Shown: in pieces, positions 55,562-64,000 of the stretch
Numbering within the stretch: the stretch's first letter is position 1
Layout: each line of letters opens with the position of its first letter
Assembly: GCF_006345805.1 (NCBI RefSeq)
Contig: NC_043000.1
Span: 48,732,001-48,796,000 of the forward strand
Reading direction: 5' to 3'
Source: Octopus sinensis
Taxonomy: Eukaryota
DNA: 64,000 nt
The notes under the pieces: generated by a model
Databases searched by the model: none
What the model was told of the DNA's origin: nothing
What the model saw: the letters and a program-made list of their open reading frames with translations, nothing else
Program-made: the position numbers and the translations under genes

Positions 55562-55668
55562 GCCAAGCTAATATGGCAGTCCAGAAATATAGGACGAATG
55601 CTGCTGTTGATTAGCTCCTATATTTCCAGCATTCGTCCTATGTTTCTGGACTGCCATATTAGCTTGGC
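55562..55668 (+). other. 42-bp-stem hairpin (one G-U) with 23-nt loop
   Basis: 55562-55603 pairs with 55627-55668. Confidence 0.85.
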
Positions 55669-56020
55669 GATAACTATTAATATCCAATACTGCTGACCGG
55701 AGTCTCTTTTGCGTGATTATTAAGCTTATATTATTAAGCGTGATTATTAAGCTTATATCTATAGCTGACATGAGTTCTATAAAACAATTAATTCTGGCCG
55801 AATGTTACACGTTTTTACAATGCCATAGTGGCGGTTTAAGCTGATCTATAATTGAATGTCAAAATCCATACATTTCGTTTTTATTATTTCAACTATAATA
55901 AATACGCAATACACGAATGTTCTTGTCGTAGCTTGTCTTCACAAAATCCTCTCTCTCTCTCTCCCTTTCACTCCACCCTATCTATATACACATATATATA
56001 TTTATGCATGTATAATAATG

Positions 56021-56051
<31 letters not shown>

Positions 56052-56280
56052 TTTAACCTTGCAATTTTCAGATTGTTATCTAAAATTATATCTTTTAACG
56101 CGCATGTAACACGTTTTTGTATCATATAAAATGCAATTAGTGTATACACATTCATACATACAAAGCTGTAAAAATACACAAGTTTCTATATATGATATAT
56201 ATATAGATATATATACATACATACACTCGCGCGCGCGAACACACACGCACATACACAGACACAGAAATATATATACATAT

Positions 56281-56350
<70 letters not shown>

Positions 56351-57849
56351 TGCCTAATCAAAGTTGACCTTTAGTAATATGACATATTCAGAGTCGAAAA
56401 ATTCATTTAGTTATCTTTATCTTTTATAATTTTAGAAGTTCTCGGACTATTTCATATTACTGAAAATAATTTCCGGTATCAAAGTTCAATAAATTCATCA
56501 TATCGAAAATTGAACATATCATCGCTCGCAATTCACAATGTCCGCTATCTATATAAATCGTATATGAATTAAAATGCAGATAGATATTGTAATTCAGTAT
56601 ACGTGAAAATATTTCCATTTTTATATTTTTCTGATTTCAATATACGTATAGATGAGCGTCCGTGTTGTTCCTCAAAGAACTCACAGTAATAATGCTACAA
56701 TATTAACATACATTCGCAAACACACACATATAATAATAACAATGAGGATAATCATAATAACAATAACTTATAGCTCATACACACACGGCAAATTAAGCTT
56801 TAATTTATAATTATTGACAAGTGTTATTTAGTATGTTTCGTGTCATGAGAAATTTTACTTAGTGTGTACACAATTTTGAGTCATATACACATGTGTGAAA
56901 TCTCATTTAAGAGTGAAGTAGAAATACGCTGAAAAGAATAGGGAATTGAATTATTTCTAACTGCCTTACCTTCAATTTTACATGTGATACTCGTAACTAT
57001 AAAGTTTGGAACTACATAGTAAAAAGTTAGCGCTAAAATCTATCTAGAGTCTACGTTTTGTTGAACGAATTTCTCCAACAAATGTAATATAATAATCAAC
57101 TTATTTAAATAGTCAATATTTCTTGTGTTTGCATAATTACACTTTGAAACACTACCAATATAAGAATACTCGTCTATAATCTTTCTGACGTGGGGAAGAA
57201 TTATTAGAAATAATTTTAACATCTCTTTAAATATCTGATTCAAAAGTAACTTTGAACAGTCCGAGAAGATGATTTTCACGTGGCAGCAATTTAATTCTCT
57301 GTTCAACTTTTAATTCTTTTCATGAAAGTATCTCTCATTCATTGTTCCAAAATATACAGGATCACTGCAAATAATCATGTCACATTATTATATTTCGCAG
57401 TTGTTCCTTCTCTTTCTCTTTCGCTTATTTTCCATGCTTTCAGATCAACCGACAGACCATTCCTTCAATTAACATCCAAGAAAGTCCTAACCTCATTATT
57501 CTCCCCCACACACGCACGCTCAAAACACACATACACAGGCACGCACAAACACACATACACTCACATATGTATACACATAAACATGTACAACCAAGTAGTT
57601 TTCTTTTACTACTAATCTCGGAATATCTATTATTAGAAAGAAAGACAGAAATTCTAATAGAAAACGTTATTCAATAAATAATGGTATCTACTGTTGAATT
57701 CAGTTTTTCTTACATCCCTTTAAAATGGAAGATAGGAGGAAACAAAAACCGTGTTTGTATGTGTGTGTGTGTGTGTGAGAGAGAGAGAGTCTATCGATAG
57801 ATAGATTACTCTTATCTACAACCCCTCTATGTTAATTAAATCAGTTATT

Positions 57850-59190
57850 AACAATGAAGCCCTTCCACGCACTGACTCTGTCTGTTTGTCCATCTCTCTC
57901 TGTTTCTCTCTCTTTCTCTTTTTCTCTCATCCCTCTCCTTATTGCCCACCAGTGCATCTCCAATAACATGAAATCCACAGGCGATCTTCTCTTTTATATC
58001 ATTCTCCAGTGGGAGCTTGCTTTAGAGAAGCAATGTTTTTGTTCTTCATATCAACAAAGGCTTCCACTGTACTGGCAAGCAAATCTCACATGAGTAATTC
58101 TCGTCCACAGGCTACATACATTTCTGATTACTTGTATCTGCAACTCCCCATCCGATGCACAATCGAGATATGTGTTTACTGTGCCATTCCTGCCCCCATT
58201 TTCACTCAACTTTAGTCCTCCTCAGGGTTTGTTTTAATCCTAAACTCTCTTCTTTCTACAAATAGCAATAAGGGATGGGTACAGAGTAAAGTATAGGTGT
58301 GGAGTTTTCTAAACAAAAAAATGGAAGGGAAGTATGGTCAAGTTTCTATGAATAGACCTATGTGTTTATACTGCTGGTCAATGTGATAGTATGCTTAGAG
58401 GAATCAGAGACAAAGAAAGAAAGACAGGTGTATATTGATATACGCACGCACACATGTATATATGTGAGCGTATGCATCATTATATGTTGCCATTCTAACA
58501 TATCGCCCCCACCTCGCACCCCTCACACATATCCAATACTTACATTCTAATCTCTACCTACCCCCATATTCCTCTCCCACCCCTTCATAATATCCTGACT
58601 ACCAAATAACGCTCCTTTTTTCACTTTCTTACACTTTTTCATTTTCTCTTCTTGTTTTCATTTTCTCTTCCTCTTTCTTTCTTTCTTCTCACCTTTGCCT
58701 TTGACCTCTCTCTTCATTTTGACATACACATCTCTTCTCTTCTCTCTATCCACTTAATACTACCACTACAATCTCAAATATTCATTCACGCCACACAAGA
58801 CCACTTTGAATGAACAGCACATGGAAACTACGTCTCCACACTTTCCATTTGTGATTGTCAAATTTGAACTCTTTTTGCAATTTGCATACCACAGACAGGA
58901 ATCATTTCTACCACTTCCACACACCACTTTATTTGGATACTGGAACTGCAACTATAACATCTTTATATACATTTTAATTTTTATTTCTACATTCATTCTC
59001 CTATTTCTCAATATACTCCTTATTTGCTTCCTTTTCCAAAATAACTCCACATACTGAATTCTAATATTTCCCTCTATTAAACCATCTCACATCGTTTCTG
59101 ATGAAGGGATATTCCTAATATCCCAGACGCCCAGACAGAGCTGTAAGACTTACTTTCTCTTTAAAAATGTCCTGAAAATTCCACACAACG
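57850..59190 (+). mobile_element. Penelope-like element remnant (degenerate EN C-terminus, CT-rich tract, HHR-like terminus)
   Basis: Weak motifs CNSPS and SPPQGL. The terminus 59090-59190 is homologous to 7320-7410. Confidence 0.5.
59094..59149 (+). ncRNA. Hammerhead-like motif, disrupted after stem II
   Basis: GUUU-CUGAUGA-A-GGGAUAUU(CCU)AAUAUCCC-[AGACGCCCAGACAG]-AGCU-GUA-AGAC. The GAAA is replaced by an insertion or duplication. Confidence 0.45.
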
Positions 59191-60399
59191 TCGGCTTTGT
59201 TGTCTCATTTTATTTAACATACACACATTCACACACGCGCACATACTCACACACACATATATATATATATATATACATTCATATATATGTGTGTATGTGT
59301 GTGTGTGTATTTGTGTGCGTGGGTGGCTGCTGGTGTTATAGATAATATGTCCGTTTACTGAATATTGCAATTTTTCTTAATATATATGAAACATTTAATA
59401 TCTCTGAAACAGATATTGCACTGTTTACCCAGCTTTCTTTGAAATTTTGAATTCCTTCAAATGAGATTTGCTACCAACACAGAAGAATGCTGTCTCGGAA
59501 GACTTTGTTCAAATATTGAAGTTTAAATAGCAACGTTATAAAGTTAGAAATGTGACTATTATTTTCCCGATACTTTTTCTAAAACAGTGCAAATTCATCG
59601 ACTAAGTATAGTAACGAAACAGTCTGAAAATTATCTTCATTCATGAAAATAATTCATCTCTGAATCTACTTCATTATTCCATCGTAAGCAGGTGGTGAAT
59701 GGGTAAGATCTGTAGTGTGACATACAGCATACATTGCGGTATTTAGTTGAGTTCCTTTGTATTGGGAGGGCAAATTCCACCTGCATTCATTTGTCTACCA
59801 AGTTCTAGTGTTGCTTAAAGAATTTCCTCTGTAGCTAAATACTTGGGTCCGTACATCCACTTCAAAACCAATCCATGACTTCGTTCTTGTACTACCTGTT
59901 TTTACTTAGCAGCTTTTTCAAAACGTATGATTAAATGTACTCTATATTAATTAGCTAATCACTGAAGTCACCAATAAAACATTAGGTAATTACTAGATGG
60001 AAATCAGCATCTACATTGAAGTACTCTGCATAAGAAACACAAAACAGTTATTGGCTTAAGAACGCTTTCGACTTGTCTATTCAACCTTTCCAGAATTTAT
60101 TTGCTAATGACTTTGTGGTGCTTAAAATTTCATTAAATTTGATAAAGATACACCAGGTTTTCTCCAGTTAAGTGGTCTTCGTTGAAGTGATTTTTGTCAT
60201 TTTAGCCTTTTTAAGGTTTCTCAGTATCTGACATGAAAAAGGTTGAATGATATTCTAAATATTGAAAATGCTTGAACCGTCCGTATAAACTAGTACAGAT
60301 TTTCACGACGAAGAGAGACATAGGTCTCCCATTCCTTGAGCTGTTGTGTATGTAAATAACTGGTAATTTTCCCTCTTCATCACAATCGTTGTAGATGTA

Positions 60400-61130
60400 T
60401 TGACGAATTTCACTTTTGGGCGGAGGATCAAGTCAGATCAAGTAATTATAATTAATACTCCTAACTTTCAACCGAGACCAATTTGAACAGAGTTATCGTA
60501 AGAGTGATGAACAAGCCTATAATATAGTTTTTCAAAGAGGCAATAAATATTTGACTGTATGAATGGCATTGTCTTATCGGCTACGTGATGCCAGTGTTAA
60601 AATTCATCGGGTGAAGCTAGGATCTCCCAGTGCAATTGCAGCCTTTGAATACAATGGAACACTGTTATAAGAAAGATACATTAATTAATGGTAATCAGGT
60701 CAAATTCAAGCTGATCAATTTTTTCAAGGATATATGTGGGAGCATGTTTTGGTACGTAACAGTACACATGCCTTTTTCCAACTGTACCTATATAAACATG
60801 TGTCGCACTTACTAATTTAAGACAACCTATCTTACAAACCTTAGTCTATTCATTTTCTTCATACCCTATATCTTGAACTATTGCAATTGTTTCATGAAAC
60901 AGTTCTTTGTTTTTCCTTAGTAAATTGAACAAAGTAACTAATTAAAAAGCATGTTTTTATATCATTTTCCCGAATCTCATGACGGCTGAAATGACTTTGT
61001 CCAAAACCTTCGATTTTCTCAAAACATTCTGTATTACTATCCTTTTCCAGACTACAATCTGACTGACCACTAGCTTAACACCATATGGTAAACGAGAATA
61101 TCACCTCCAAAAAGGCACATTGGTTTTCGC
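60400..61130 (+). mobile_element. Possible degenerate Gypsy gag/protease/RT relic
   Basis: LINGNQVKFKL resembles the protease lead-in .INGK.V.FKLDTGA. LTPYGKREY resembles F.TPYGRY. Confidence 0.3.
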
Positions 61131-62182
61131 TGTCTTAAAATAAACGTGTAGTTACTCTGAGGCCAAGGAACTTTTACGCATCTTTGGTTTCACTTATTTA
61201 TGTAGAACTTTATGGCTATTAGTAAGACTTGTTAAATATTACGTCTTCTATAATTAAAAACATAAAAAAGAAAATTGAGCAAGTTATTGGGCTAGATTTC
61301 ATTTCCAATAAAGTTAATTTACTTCTATTAGGTTAATAATATCCTCAAGCAAGACAGTATGTGTAGAGATAATGAGAATGACGAATTTTCACTAAAGAGG
61401 ATATGAATAGAGATAATATTTTAGAAGATTGATAAATCGTTATTCTCACAGATACAACAGTTAGAAATATTAGAGATTGAGAGTGGTTTAGTCTAGTATT
61501 TACATACGTAGTACTTTGCTTTACAAATTTCTTTGTCATGATATACTTTGCCTGTACTTACTGAACGTTTTGCTTGAGTACTGTTCGTTATCGTGGCTAT
61601 TGAAACATGTCAGGAGAATTCTTATTCAAGGCGCTCAGTCTTTCAGCATCGCATCCATGTTAATATATATTTTACCTTTCCCAGAGGCTTAATGCTTTTA
61701 TCCTAAGTCCCTTGCAGCCGCCGGGTTCGAGTAGTCCCGGAGATGAGGGGGCGAAACTACAAGGACTTTCTGGACTCCGACTCATGAGGAAATCGGCTGC
61801 GAATGATCCGGGTGTCGTCTTTTTGTCCTGTTTGCCGTTTGTCGTGCTATCGTCTATTTTTCCGCACGTTGTGTTTTGTCGGTCTCCGTTTGTTGAGTTC
61901 TTTCGGATAAGCAGTCGACAGAAAAATATTCTGCTATGACAGAATTTACTTGGACCGCTGAGAATTCCGCAATGAAGATTGAACGAAGATGAATATTTTG
62001 TTATTTTCTTTTCTCTTTTCCCCTGTCATCTTTCGGAAATAATCATTTGTTTTAGAACAGCCCAATATAAACGTTGATGGATGATTTGTAGTTAAGCAAG
62101 ATAACCAAATATATGCCGCATAATTTTAAACAAAAGTTCTGATAATACAGTTCTTCATTTAAGAGATGAGGAATTATGTACC

Positions 62183-62699
62183 TTATTTACATTATTTACA
62201 TTCGATGGATAATTGTCCTTATATTGCTTGTTGTTAATACAACGTTCCGGCTAATATACCCCGTCCCCCAGCATTCTTCAGGTGTCTTGGGGAAATTTTG
62301 AACCTGGGTTCTCATTCCAATGGTATTTTTGATGTTTTATAATTATTATTATTATTATTATCATCATCATCATCATCATCATCATTGCTGTTGTTATTGT
62401 TGTTGTTCAGGTCAATACTTGGAATCGAACTCGGAATCTTGGGGTTAGTAGCATATGGCATAATGGTTAATAGCGCGGGCTACTAGCCCCAAGATTCCAA
62501 GTTCGATTCCATGCAGTAACCCGAACAACAACAACAATAATAATAATAACAACAACATTGAAAATACCTTAGGAATGAGAACCCATGTTCGAAATTTCCC
62601 TAAGGCACCTGAATAAGGCTGGAGGGTATATTAGTCGAATTGTGTTAACAGCAAACAAGATGAGGACAAATATCCGTCGAATTTAAATAATGTAAATAA
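62183..62699. mobile_element. Head-to-head inverted pair of a tRNA-headed SINE with HHR-like tail (arms 62183-62452 / 62479-62699)
   Basis: Right copy has an A-box (TGGCATAATGG) and B-box (GTTCGATTCC). The left copy is its reverse complement lacking the first ~25 nt. Both end in CTGAA.AA.GCTG...TAG.CG.A tails. Confidence 0.85.
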
Positions 62700-62859
62700 T
62701 GAAAAGTTCTGATATAAAAAATTTCCACGGAAGCTGTGGATATCATCAGTTACGGACATATTTAAAAACATGACATAAGAGCAGTTAACATGAAATTGCC
62801 GACACAAGTGTAAGCTATGAAGTAAAAATATCACAAGTTCCAAACTTCAATGTTTGTTT

Positions 62860-62895
<36 letters not shown>

Positions 62896-62908
62896 GTGTG
62901 TGTGTGTG

Positions 62909-62943
<35 letters not shown>

Positions 62944-63204
62944 TCGTCCTTTACTTCTATAGTAATTGGAGAAGGACCATGTTGAAACAGAGCCTCTTCT
63001 AGTTAGTTGAGCAAATCGACTCCATGTCTTATTTTTAATCGGATAATTTGTTTTTTTAACATCTAAATAAACGAGAACATTAACAAGCCAATACTGGTTA
63101 CAAAGCGCTGTGAGGATCAGCACAACAAACCACGTATATAGACGCCCAGACACACATACACATATATACACAAATACACATATAATATAATAATTTCTAT
63201 TAAA

Positions 63205-63380
63205 AGCGCAAGGCCTGAAATTTGGTGGGAGGAGGCTAGTCGGGTACATCACCTTCCCAGGTTTTCACTAGTACTTTATTTATTGACTCCGAAATAATGA
63301 AAGGCAAAGTCAACTTCGGCGGACGAAATGCCGCTAAGCATTTCGCCCATCGTACTAAATATTCTGCCAGCTCACCGCCT
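63205..63380 (-). mobile_element. SINE family B with internal deletion
   Basis: AAAGGCAAAGTCAACTTCGGCGG|ACGAAATGCCGC...CTGCCAGCTCACCGCC. Confidence 0.8.
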
Positions 63381-63419
63381 TAGACACACATATAACATAA
63401 TTATTTCAAGTTTTTGGCA

Positions 63420-63615
63420 CAGACGTAGCTTGGGGGTGGGGATTAAGCACTGGGGTCAAACAGAAAATCGACCCCAGTGCTTAACTGATACTTATTTAAT
63501 GAACACCGAAAAGATGAAAGGTAAAGTCGACCTCGGTAGAATTTGAACTCAGAACGCAACGACGGGTGAAATACCACTAAACATTTAACCCGGCGCGCTA
63601 ACGATTCTGCCAGCA
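63420..63615 (-). mobile_element. SINE family B
   Basis: GAAAGGTAAAGTCGACCTCGGTAGAATTTGAACTCAGAACG. Confidence 0.8.
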
Positions 63616-64000
63616 CTCCAGAGAAATACATTAAACAATTACAATTTTTTTTTTTAAGGAAGTAGATTATGAATTTACAGAGATTTATCTGTTAATTCTA
63701 GCCTCTCAAATACATCGCATAGAAATCTCCTGTCAACTTTTTCAGATTCAGAATCATCATATCAATCAGTCACATATCGCACCTTATTTCAGTCATATAT
63801 TTTCGACCTAGACTTAACGTAATTATTTTCATATTTATTACAAACTAACCAGACAATAAGATAACATGTAGGTTGTTCTTACATCACTAGTGTTTACCAG
63901 AATACAAAAGCTGCCATAAATACTATTCCGTGAAAATTCCATTTTTGATAGATATAACACTGATCGAGTAGTGCTGTGTTTTGGCGACAGTAGAAAAAAA

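Noticed and set aside
61715-61800. GC-rich patch with GATGAGGGGGCGAAAC; similar ATGAGTAAGGCGAAAC at ~42447
   Set aside because: No CUGA and no stem II, so it does not fold as a hammerhead.

Overview
This is AT-rich, repeat-dense eukaryotic non-coding DNA, most likely from an octopod cephalopod. That assignment is inferred from memory of octopus tRNA-derived SINE families and the very dense (AT)n/(AC)n microsatellites; no search was run. I cannot support any intact protein-coding gene, and most ORFs in the supplied track are microsatellite or SINE artefacts. Identifiable content: many copies of 3-4 tRNA-headed SINE families, a decayed mariner transposon (~46.1-47.1 kb), a Tc1/mariner-type MITE (43.4-43.9 kb), R4/Dong-type RLE LINE fragments beside (TAA)n tracts (33.4-34.8 kb), CR1/L2 and possibly Gypsy relics, and several Penelope-like element (PLE) remnants. 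The most interesting signal is a set of short, mutually unrelated elements that sit inside (AT)n microsatellites and consist of an inverted 5' piece plus a longer direct piece, forming long fold-back hairpins. Several carry minimal type-I hammerhead ribozyme (HHR) folds. The best one (45574-45624, minus strand) has all three stems and a swapped G3-C8 core pair. A tRNA-headed SINE ending in an HHR-like tail, present as an inverted pair at 62.2-62.7 kb, suggests SINEs borrowing PLE machinery. All of this comes from manual reading; repeat boundaries are approximate (about ±10-20 bp).
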